The position numbers and the translations under genes were made by a program. A stretch of 62,419 bases of DNA from an uncultured Gammaproteobacteria bacterium (GTDB lineage Bacteria > Pseudomonadota > Gammaproteobacteria > Steroidobacterales > UBA11654), in assembly GCA_964008355.1 (NCBI GenBank), contig CAXGBD010000001.1, forward strand, positions 1-62,419, in the 5' to 3' direction. The notes under the pieces were generated by a model. It had not been told where the DNA came from. It was given only the letters and a program-made list of their open reading frames with translations, and did not search any database. How positions within the stretch are numbered: position 1 is the stretch's first letter; the number at the start of each line of letters is the position of its first letter. Of the stretch, positions 19,831-28,058 are shown piece by piece.

Positions 19831-20859
19831 TTGACTGAGTTTGGTGTTGTCATGGAACCAGTTCCAAGATGTTCTGCAGAAATGGCTGCACGTATTGAGC
19901 AAATGGGATTTAACTCTGCACTGTGTCCAGATACCCAAAACCTCTCTGCTGATCCTTATGGTCAACTGTCATTAATGGCCAACCAAACTAAAACTTTGAA
20001 AATAGGAACAGGGGTCACACATCCAGTTACTCGTGAAGCAGCAGTCACAGCTTCAGCAATGGCTACACTACAAGAAGAATCAGGTGGAAGAGTTATCTGT
20101 GGTATAGGTCGGGGTGATTCTTCGGCAGCCCACATAGGCAAGAAGCAAGCAACAACTGAGGAATTGAGAGACTATGTATTAAGACTGAAGTCCTATTTTA
20201 ATGGTGAAGCAGTCGATGTGGGCACAATGCAATCACCGATTCGTTGGATTGACCCTAAGATTATTCAGCCAGTGCCTATTGATATTGCATGCACTGGACC
20301 CAAGACAATTGCTATGGCTTGTGAAGTTTCGGATCAAATCTCATTCGCAGTAGGGAGTGCTAAAGAAAGACTTCGTTGGGCCATTAAAACAGCAGAAGAG
20401 CATCTTGAGAGAATAGGGAGGTCTCGAGAGAGCATCAAGATTGGGGCTTATATAAATTTAATATGCGATTATGATGAAAAGAAAGCAATTTCTTTGGCAA
20501 GAATGTTAGCAGGGATGGTAGCTCACTTTACTGCCATGAAACAAGCACCAACAGAACATTTACCTAAGCAGTTAAAACCAATTACTGAAAAACTACAAAC
20601 TGAATACGATATGAAAAACCATTCTAGCGAAAAAGGGGAGCATCTTGAGCTGATTGATGATGATTTTATTGAATGGTTTTCAATCGCTGGTCCTCCTCAA
20701 AAGTGTATTGATCGATTGGGTGAACTGATAGAAATGGGTTTGGATTATATTTATTTATTGGGAGGATCCCCTGTCCCAGAACCGAGAGATCTTCGTTTAA
20801 AAGCTATGGTTGATCAGACAGAGATCTTTGCTAAAGAAGTTCTGCCAATATTTAAATAA
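19831..20859 (+). CDS. LLM-class (luciferase-like) flavin-dependent oxidoreductase
   Basis: 342 aa TIM-barrel LLM pattern (GFNSALCPDTQ..., IGTGVTHPVTR, GRGDS). TTG start with GGAG 7 nt upstream. Confidence 0.75.
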   Translation: MTEFGVVMEPVPRCSAEMAARIEQMGFNSALCPDTQNLSADPYGQLSLMANQTKTLKIGTGVTHPVTREAAVTASAMATLQEESGGRVICGIGRGDSSAAHIGKKQATTEELRDYVLRLKSYFNGEAVDVGTMQSPIRWIDPKIIQPVPIDIACTGPKTIAMACEVSDQISFAVGSAKERLRWAIKTAEEHLERIGRSRESIKIGAYINLICDYDEKKAISLARMLAGMVAHFTAMKQAPTEHLPKQLKPITEKLQTEYDMKNHSSEKGEHLELIDDDFIEWFSIAGPPQKCIDRLGELIEMGLDYIYLLGGSPVPEPRDLRLKAMVDQTEIFAKEVLPIFK

Positions 20860-20861
20860 AG

Positions 20862-23492
20862 CTAAAATTTATAGTCTAAGGAAAGGTTGATGAGTCGACC
20901 TCGGGGGTCATGTAGCCTCGTATCAAAGCTAAAGTCTGGTGAATCATAAAGCAGTGGTGCCGATTCATCAAAAGCATTCATTAAATGTAGTCCTAGTTTT
21001 AGTTCATTGTTATTTATTTCAAGAGTTTTACTGGCTCCAATATCAAATACCAACGAAGAATCGACTTTATTTTCATAACCACTAGAAATAGCGGCTGCAG
21101 GTAAAGGTCTTAGATTCTTATAGCCATCCAGATATCTAGCATTAATCGAATAACGAATTTCATTATAGGTTAAGCCAAAGAATGAGTTTAATCTAAGTCG
21201 AGGAAGTGAGTGCGTATGTGCATTATAATTAAATTTTCCGACCCTATTAACCATATGTTCTTCATGTCCTCCTTCCTCTTCCCCTTCATGACCTTCCTCT
21301 TCTTCTTCATGTTCTGGTGTTAGGAACTTAAAGAGATGAGTGGCATTGATCCCTAAATCCAAAAGAACACCGTTGGTTAGTGTTTTCTTATAATCTAAGC
21401 TGAAATCTAAGCCTTTAACTTTTGTTTTCTCTTCATTGAAGAATGATGTGCTAACCGCTGTTATATCCCCGTATTCATTCCTTTGAATATCTGGGTTATC
21501 AGGGTTTTCAGTAATTTTTGCTTGAGCATCTTCGAGTTCAAGTCGGTCTTTATAATTTATTTTCCATAAATCTATTGATAGAGAAGCATTATCACTAATA
21601 TCCCAAAGTAAACCCAAATTTGTATTAGTCGAAGTAGCTGGTTTTAGATTTGAGTTTCCAACCTGGATAACCCTTACAAAAAGTGAACTAGATTGCTCAA
21701 CACCATTGATGACATCTCTTACACCACCTAATGCAATTTCAGAACTATATAACTGAGCCATTGATGGTGTTGAGAATGAAGTTCCCACTGAACCCCTTAA
21801 CAATAATTCATCAGTGGGTCTAAAATTAAGTGATAATTTAGGATCAAAAGAAGAATCATTTTCTACTTTTTCATACCTGGTGGCAAAGATAAGATCAAAA
21901 CGATCTGAAAAAACCTTTTCTATTTCAAAAAAAATGGCTTTTTTGTCCCTATTCGATGCAATATTTTTACCACCACCTAGAAATAAAAGATCGGCACCTT
22001 TGATCAGATTTCCTGATTGATCAAATTCAGATCTTGCTAATTCATTATATTTAACATTAAGAGACTCATCATTTAGCTGCATCCCAATCGCAAAATTATT
22101 TTTATTAATTTTAGTTCTAAAGATGGCATCAAGAGATGTTAATTTGCCAGTTCTTAAACTTTGTTCTGAGCCCTTTATGTATTGGATAAGATCTGATGGG
22201 TTTGATAATGGGTCAAAGATATTCCACATTTGATTGCCGTTTGAACCTCCTTTGCCTGCGATTGCATTTTCCATTCTTGAATTGATGGTATCTGGTCGAT
22301 TATGAAAATTTTCATGCTTACTTTGAGTGATTGATAGCTCTAGATCAGAGTTGTCCTTAATAAAAAAATTAACAACACCGCTTATATGATATTGGTCAAT
22401 ATCTTTAGGAGAGAATGGAGAAGGGAACGATGATCCTAAAGGTCTTCCGTACCATGTTACTGGAACATTAAAAGGACTACCGCCTTGTCCTGGTTGTATC
22501 TTTCTCGACATAAAAGAAAGGGCTGGATATGAGGGGGACTGAGGATTGTCATTTACATCAATATTGGCACCAATTGCCGTGATTTTATAACTTAAATTTT
22601 CATTTATTTTCTTATAACTTAGGTAGAATTTTTTATGATCCTCGTCATTAACAATATTAAATCTTGTTCCATAGAGAAATTTGCAAAATGATCCAACTAA
22701 AACTCCTCCATTTGTCTCACAATTTGGATCTGGTACCCATTGACCGGATGTATATGCCCCCGCATAGCCACCTAATAAAACTGTATCTGCCTCACTCACT
22801 TTAAATGTATTGCCTAGAGTGCTTAATCCATTTTCAGCTATTCGAGGTATATCTGATGATGAAAGAGGGCTTCTGTCTAGAAAATTCATGGCTAACACTA
22901 GGTTTGAATTTCCAAAGTCTTTACCAAATATGATTCCTAGAGTTTTATCAGACTGATCATAGTCTGATGTTTCTTGATGACCTAAACTTATTTTTGTTCC
23001 AATAAACTCATCATGGGTAATGAAATTAATAACTCCGGCAACCGCATCACTTCCGTAAAGAGAGGTGGCTCCTTCTTTAAGGATCTCAATTCTTTTAAGA
23101 GCAATTTCTGGAATAATATTTACATCAATATATCCTTCACCTTCATGAGACGGGGTTCCTGCAAATGTTTGTCTTTTATTATTAAGTAAAACTAATGTTG
23201 AGGCATGATCTAGTCCTCTTAGAGTGATTGCAGACATTCCTTGATCAACTCCGTCGAGAGTGTTGGATTGAAAATGTGATCCTGATGAACTTGCTAGATA
23301 TTTACTTATTTCACCAACGGTTGAGATATTTAGATTATTGAATTCAGTTTCATCCACAACCTCAACACTGATTTTCTCAGATTTTGAATCGATATAACTT
23401 CCGGTGACAGTTATTTCTTCAATATTTTGTGCAAATAAATTATTTGAAATTAAAACGCTAAAAATAGTGTATAGATATAAATTATGTTTCAT
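20862..23492 (-). CDS. TonB-dependent receptor with His/Glu-rich insert
   Basis: Signal peptide, plug motifs (EEITVTGS, ITLRGL, LNNKRQ, YGSDAVAGVINFIT), a long beta-barrel and terminal aromatic ...LDYKF. 876 aa. Confidence 0.9.
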   Translation of the reverse strand: MKHNLYLYTIFSVLISNNLFAQNIEEITVTGSYIDSKSEKISVEVVDETEFNNLNISTVGEISKYLASSSGSHFQSNTLDGVDQGMSAITLRGLDHASTLVLLNNKRQTFAGTPSHEGEGYIDVNIIPEIALKRIEILKEGATSLYGSDAVAGVINFITHDEFIGTKISLGHQETSDYDQSDKTLGIIFGKDFGNSNLVLAMNFLDRSPLSSSDIPRIAENGLSTLGNTFKVSEADTVLLGGYAGAYTSGQWVPDPNCETNGGVLVGSFCKFLYGTRFNIVNDEDHKKFYLSYKKINENLSYKITAIGANIDVNDNPQSPSYPALSFMSRKIQPGQGGSPFNVPVTWYGRPLGSSFPSPFSPKDIDQYHISGVVNFFIKDNSDLELSITQSKHENFHNRPDTINSRMENAIAGKGGSNGNQMWNIFDPLSNPSDLIQYIKGSEQSLRTGKLTSLDAIFRTKINKNNFAIGMQLNDESLNVKYNELARSEFDQSGNLIKGADLLFLGGGKNIASNRDKKAIFFEIEKVFSDRFDLIFATRYEKVENDSSFDPKLSLNFRPTDELLLRGSVGTSFSTPSMAQLYSSEIALGGVRDVINGVEQSSSLFVRVIQVGNSNLKPATSTNTNLGLLWDISDNASLSIDLWKINYKDRLELEDAQAKITENPDNPDIQRNEYGDITAVSTSFFNEEKTKVKGLDFSLDYKKTLTNGVLLDLGINATHLFKFLTPEHEEEEEGHEGEEEGGHEEHMVNRVGKFNYNAHTHSLPRLRLNSFFGLTYNEIRYSINARYLDGYKNLRPLPAAAISSGYENKVDSSLVFDIGASKTLEINNNELKLGLHLMNAFDESAPLLYDSPDFSFDTRLHDPRGRLINLSLDYKF

Positions 23493-23532
23493 GGAGTCCT
23501 CCTTAGATTAAAAAAATTTAGTTATTGCAAAT

Positions 23533-23850
23533 CTAAATTTTTGGAGGTGCCCTTGATTGAAAGTCCTTAGAATTAGTTGAGATAAATTTATTTCTTATCT
23601 CAGTGATTAAAATTGATGAAAGATAGTAGTTACTATCAAGAGATTTAGTTTTAAGCGGTTGTGAAGCATCATTGTTGCAAAGTTGACATTCAATTTGTTC
23701 ACTTTGATCATTTAAATCAATATGATCTATAGGGTGAACAGTGGAGATTGCAAGGAATACAAGTCCCACAATTAACAAAATATTATTACCTTCTAAAACC
23801 TTCATAATGTTAATAATAAGTAAAAAAATCTTAATACTCAATCCCACCAT
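23533..23850 (-). CDS. small membrane-anchored hypothetical protein (TM-His...CxxC), first gene of the TBDR operon
   Basis: ORF directly upstream of the TBDR on the same strand. It has a hydrophobic N-terminus, then HPIDHID and ECQLC. Start ambiguous (23850 or 23805), with no clear SD. Confidence 0.4.
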   Translation of the reverse strand: MVGLSIKIFLLIINIMKVLEGNNILLIVGLVFLAISTVHPIDHIDLNDQSEQIECQLCNNDASQPLKTKSLDSNYYLSSILITEIRNKFISTNSKDFQSRAPPKI

Positions 23851-23941
23851 GAAGTATTTAATTACTTATTGTTTTAAATGTTAAATCGATGTAATTTTAG
23901 GCTAGACTATTTAGCGATAATTAATCAAGAGAACTAAAAAC

Positions 23942-24913
23942 ATGGATTTGAGAAAACTTTTACCTATAACGATTCTAGTACTATTTTCCCAAGCAGGATT
24001 TTCACACGACAGTGAATGTTTAAATTTGGACGGCCAAGAATTCAGCCGACCATGTATTGAGAGACTCATTCCAAGATCACTTGATGCAGAGAACAATATG
24101 CTCACACCGATGGAAAAACCATTGATAGTAGTCATCGGAGCATCAGGCAGGACGGGTAGGTTTGTTCTTGAGGGTCTAGCTAACAAAGATGTTCGCATCC
24201 GTGCACTATCCAGAAACATTGAAAGAGCAAGTGCAGATATTAGTGGGAATTATGAGTGGGTCCAAGCTGATGTGACCCAGCCAGAGACTTTAGTTATGGC
24301 ATTTCAAGGTTCCGATATTATTATCTCAACGATAGGAGCTAAACCTGGAAAGGGACCAGATGGACCAGAATCTGTGGTTTACAAAGGGGTTATAAATTTA
24401 GTCGATGAAGCAAAAAGAGCAGGGGCTCAACATATTATTTATATGTCCTCCATTGGAGCCGGCGGTGCTGAAAATTTCAGTACAACTTTCTTGAATCTAT
24501 TTATGAATAAAACCTTGAAATGGAAGTCTTTGGGCGAAGAGTATATGCGCAATAGTGGAATAGATTTTACCATCATCAGACCGGGTGGTTTACGAGGTGA
24601 ACCTGGTGTGAGTGGGATTAAATTTGGTCAAGGTGATGAAATCATGGGATATATTCCTCGAGAGGATGTTGCCGAGGTTATGATTGAATCTGCCTTTAAT
24701 CTAGATGCAGTCAACAAAACTTTCGAGATCATTAACGATGAAAACCTTCCTGTGGGAGCCTGGAGAGACGAGTTTAAGAATTTGAAGACCGGAGAATATG
24801 GGACGATTGCATCTGGCAACTTGCCCGTTTCTTACTGGGTAGCATTGTTCGTTTTATTAATCTTAATCGTTGTTTTGATTCGTAGGAGAAGAATGAGAAA
24901 AAAGGCTGCCTAA
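23942..24913 (+). CDS. NAD(P)-binding Rossmann (NmrA/atypical SDR-like) protein with N-terminal signal/anchor and C-terminal TM anchor
   Basis: VVIGASGRTGRFVLEGL glycine-rich loop. N-terminus MDLRKLLPITILVLFSQAGFS. C-terminus VSYWVALFVLLILIVVLIRRRRMRKKAA. Confidence 0.75.
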   Translation: MDLRKLLPITILVLFSQAGFSHDSECLNLDGQEFSRPCIERLIPRSLDAENNMLTPMEKPLIVVIGASGRTGRFVLEGLANKDVRIRALSRNIERASADISGNYEWVQADVTQPETLVMAFQGSDIIISTIGAKPGKGPDGPESVVYKGVINLVDEAKRAGAQHIIYMSSIGAGGAENFSTTFLNLFMNKTLKWKSLGEEYMRNSGIDFTIIRPGGLRGEPGVSGIKFGQGDEIMGYIPREDVAEVMIESAFNLDAVNKTFEIINDENLPVGAWRDEFKNLKTGEYGTIASGNLPVSYWVALFVLLILIVVLIRRRRMRKKAA

Positions 24914-26115
24914 ACGATACCTTCATCAACTAATTTCTTGATTTCTTGATCATTTTTTCCTAAGAGTTCCGATAACACTTCATGGGTGTGTTCACTCAGT
25001 TTTGGCCCTGACCATTCAGTACTTCCTGGTGTTTCTGTTAATAAAGGAATCATTGCCGGTATCTGCAGTGTTCTGCCATTGGCCTCGACTTCTTGGAACA
25101 TCCCTCTGGCAATATAATGTTCATCTTTCATCATATCTTCAACACTGTAGATTGGACCTGCGGGTACGGAGGCTTCATCCATCACAGATAAGATTTCCTC
25201 AGAAGTATGTTTAGATGACCACTCTAGTATTGCATCATCAATTTCTTTTTCATGCTTTACACGGCCTTCATTATGTTTAAATCTAGGGTCTTCTGCCATG
25301 TTGGGTTCGCCGATGGCTATCATCAGTCGTTTAAAAATAGAATCCCCATTACCACCAATAATAACGTGTTTTTTATCCAAGGTTAGATATGTATTGGTAG
25401 GTGCTATACCAGTGATTGTAGATCCAGATGGTTCTCTGATTGCGCCACATCCAGAGTATTCTGGCACCACAGCTTCCATGAGATTGAAAACCGATTCATA
25501 AATAGCTGTATCTACAACCTGGCCTTTATTATTAGGATCTTTTTCCCTTTGGATGTAGGCCAACATAACTCCCATGGCAGCATGCAAGCCAGCTAGAGTA
25601 TCCCCGATACTCAAGTTGGGTCTGACGGGAGGCCTATCTGCAAAGCCATTAACGTATCTGAATCCACCATATCCTTCACACACTGAAGCATAACCTGGAA
25701 GATGAGAACGAGGACCTGTTTGTCCATAGCCTGATATTCTTGCAGTAATTAAACCAGGGTTGTCTTTTTTTAAATCATCAGGTCCCATCCCCCATTCTTC
25801 TAATTTCCCAGGTTTAAAATTCTCTATTAAAACATCCGATTTCATAATTAAATCTTTGGCTATTTGTCTACCTTCTTCCGTTTTTAAATTTAATGTAATT
25901 GATTTTTTATTTCGAGAAACACTATGCCACCAATAGGATGTGTTATTTTCAGTGAGCCGCCAATATCGAACTGGATCTCCTGTGGGAGGTTCAATTTTTA
26001 TTATTTCTGCTCCATAGTAACCAAGAACGCTCCCTGTAAAAGGACCAGCAATCAGCTGTCCCATTTCAATGACTCTCATGCCATGGAGTGGTTTATTGTT
26101 ATTAGTTGCATTCAT
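24910..26115 (-). CDS. family III CoA-transferase (CaiB/BaiF type)
   Basis: N-terminal LHGMRVIEMGQLIAGPFTGSVLGYYGAEIIKIEPP is typical of the family. 401 aa. Confidence 0.9.
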   Translation of the reverse strand: MNATNNNKPLHGMRVIEMGQLIAGPFTGSVLGYYGAEIIKIEPPTGDPVRYWRLTENNTSYWWHSVSRNKKSITLNLKTEEGRQIAKDLIMKSDVLIENFKPGKLEEWGMGPDDLKKDNPGLITARISGYGQTGPRSHLPGYASVCEGYGGFRYVNGFADRPPVRPNLSIGDTLAGLHAAMGVMLAYIQREKDPNNKGQVVDTAIYESVFNLMEAVVPEYSGCGAIREPSGSTITGIAPTNTYLTLDKKHVIIGGNGDSIFKRLMIAIGEPNMAEDPRFKHNEGRVKHEKEIDDAILEWSSKHTSEEILSVMDEASVPAGPIYSVEDMMKDEHYIARGMFQEVEANGRTLQIPAMIPLLTETPGSTEWSGPKLSEHTHEVLSELLGKNDQEIKKLVDEGIV

Positions 26116-26143
26116 TGTTTACATCAATATTACTGACAGTATT

Positions 26144-27019
26144 CTATTCAATATTCTTATACCATGATGATATAGCATTTCCAATTTCATCCGGTACATC
26201 TTCCTGGATGAAGTGAATGCCTTTGACCGTAGTTTCTGTTTGATTCTTCCAACTTCTACAAAAATCTCTAATTCTCCCTGTGGTAATTGCACCAGGTTCT
26301 GCATTGATGAACAACTTGGGTAGGTCATTTGTTTGCATCCATTCAGCATATTGATTAACAATTGCACAGACATTTTCAGGATAGTTGTTTATAGGTATTT
26401 CTCTCGGCCATGACAATGTGGGTCTTCTGTCTTCACCCTCATTAGTAAAAGGTCTTCTGTATTCTTCCATTTCTTCATCACTTAGCTTTCTGATGATTGA
26501 ACCGGGAAGTACTCTTTCAACAAAGTAATTTTTTTCTAACACCAAACTTTCTCCAGCATCAGACCTAAAACCTTGAAAAATACCTTTGGCTTCATCCTGC
26601 CAATCCTCCCAAGTCATTTCTTTTACAATTGCTTCCATATAGGTAATTCCCTTAACCGACTCAGGGTTGTGATAACACCAATTAAAACCCAATGCTGAAC
26701 CCCAGTCGTGGAGAACAAAAGTGATATTCTTACCATTGGTTAGAGATTCTATAGCAGCACTAACATAATGATAATGTTCTTCAAATCGATAGGAGTTCTC
26801 ATCAGGATTGTCTAGTTTATCCGAGTCTCCCATCCCAATCAGATCAATACAAACACACCGACCCTGAGATTCTAAATAGGGAGTAATATTTCGCCAGAGA
26901 TAGGAAGAAGTCGGGTTTCCATGGAGAAAAATAATAGGATCTCCAGATCCAGATTCTGTATAGGCTAAGCGCTTACCATTGACGGAAATTCTTTTCTTGT
27001 TTGATGCAAAAGCAGTCAT
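26144..27019 (-). CDS. haloalkane dehalogenase, HLD-II type alpha/beta hydrolase
   Basis: FLHGNPTSSYLWRN, nucleophile context VLHDWGSALGF, Glu in ITYMEAIV and His in GIHFIQED. 291 aa. Confidence 0.88.
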   Translation of the reverse strand: MTAFASNKKRISVNGKRLAYTESGSGDPIIFLHGNPTSSYLWRNITPYLESQGRCVCIDLIGMGDSDKLDNPDENSYRFEEHYHYVSAAIESLTNGKNITFVLHDWGSALGFNWCYHNPESVKGITYMEAIVKEMTWEDWQDEAKGIFQGFRSDAGESLVLEKNYFVERVLPGSIIRKLSDEEMEEYRRPFTNEGEDRRPTLSWPREIPINNYPENVCAIVNQYAEWMQTNDLPKLFINAEPGAITTGRIRDFCRSWKNQTETTVKGIHFIQEDVPDEIGNAISSWYKNIE

Positions 27020-27855
27020 TCCGATTCAATAGCTTTTGCGACAAGATCGATCAATTCATTTTCATTATTGAGATTCATAGTATCTGATGCTTGAACAGTG
27101 TAACCGTATTGTTTTGCAATGGCCTGATACTTTGCTTTTCGGTAATCAAGCAGCCTTGGAAAAATCCAACGAACAAACTCATCTGGATCCATTGATTCAT
27201 GATCTCCACCCGTTTCTTTCTGATAGACCTCTAAATTATTTACTAGGAAATCGTGATTATAATAGAGAGGTTTTGGATGATTTTTTGATCGTTCAATTAA
27301 TGTTTGCCTCACTTCGTCATTTTCTTCAATGTATAGAATGACTGTATGGTTTACTAATGCATCCATTGCTTCGCTATCGATCAGTTCACAGATGCTGCCA
27401 CCGGCATCATTGATAAAATGATCATAGCCATAAATTCTACTGGATTTTTCAATAAAATCGGGAACATCCTTCATAGCATTAATTTCTGCACTTTTATGGA
27501 GTTCTTGTCTTATTGAGAACTCTTTTAGTGTTAATCCCCCCTTGGATGGAGCGCCAATTTTTCCTAGAAAAGATGATATTGGAGCGAGGTTATCAACTGT
27601 GATATTGCTAGAAATATAGATAGAGTCAGTCTTGAGCAGTGTTCTCAAAAAAGGAACTTCCATCGCTCTTTCTTTGATATTATCTAGAATAGGTTCTTCT
27701 AGGTATTTTGTTCCAATTCGATAGTCTCCAGAGTAATGAAACCAATTAGCTTTGGGGAGTTTGTTTGCAAGTGTTGTTTTGCCAATACCTGACATTCCCA
27801 TTAAGGTTATCGCTTTATGAGGCTCATTAATGAATTCCGATGCAGTTGTTTTCAT
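27016..27855 (-). CDS. P-loop NTPase, shikimate-kinase-like fold, unknown substrate
   Basis: Walker A LMGMSGIGKTTLANKL and later NDAGGSICEL (compare GGG of AroK). ATGA stop/start overlap with the dehalogenase gene. Confidence 0.6.
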   Translation of the reverse strand: MKTTASEFINEPHKAITLMGMSGIGKTTLANKLPKANWFHYSGDYRIGTKYLEEPILDNIKERAMEVPFLRTLLKTDSIYISSNITVDNLAPISSFLGKIGAPSKGGLTLKEFSIRQELHKSAEINAMKDVPDFIEKSSRIYGYDHFINDAGGSICELIDSEAMDALVNHTVILYIEENDEVRQTLIERSKNHPKPLYYNHDFLVNNLEVYQKETGGDHESMDPDEFVRWIFPRLLDYRKAKYQAIAKQYGYTVQASDTMNLNNENELIDLVAKAIESE

Positions 27856-28058
27856 GGTTGTATTGTTCTGGCAATTAAACTATCTAGCAATAACTGTTTA
27901 ATCGATTGTTCTATTTCATATTGTCATTTTGATATAAAAGACTCAATATAGCCATATTTACAGATTGGTTCTGTTTGTATGTAAATGTGTTGTGAAAAGA
28001 GTATCATGGTCAACTTTTTAATGGCATAAAAATATTAGTACTGAGGGTATATAAAAAG

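Noticed and set aside
23916-23926. GATAATTAATC as a Fur box in the TBDR/Rossmann divergent region
   Set aside because: Only the first hexamer matches the 19-bp Fur consensus GATAATGATAATCATTATC. The rest matches poorly, and such strings are expected in AT-rich DNA.
23911-24219. 102-aa minus-strand ORF overlapping the start of the Rossmann protein gene
   Set aside because: It is antisense to a gene with clear family motifs and has a low-complexity translation. The same reasoning applies to 26119-26373, 12660-13007, 16984-17316, 49853-50299, 50446-50794, 59487-60430, 37037-37369 and the other 60-150 aa track ORFs nested in strong genes.
27856-28058. Possible thr-operon leader peptide or attenuator upstream of thrA
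   Set aside because: The only mini-ORF is ATGGTCAACTTTTAA (MVNF*). There is no Thr/Ile-rich run, and I could see no terminator/antiterminator hairpins.
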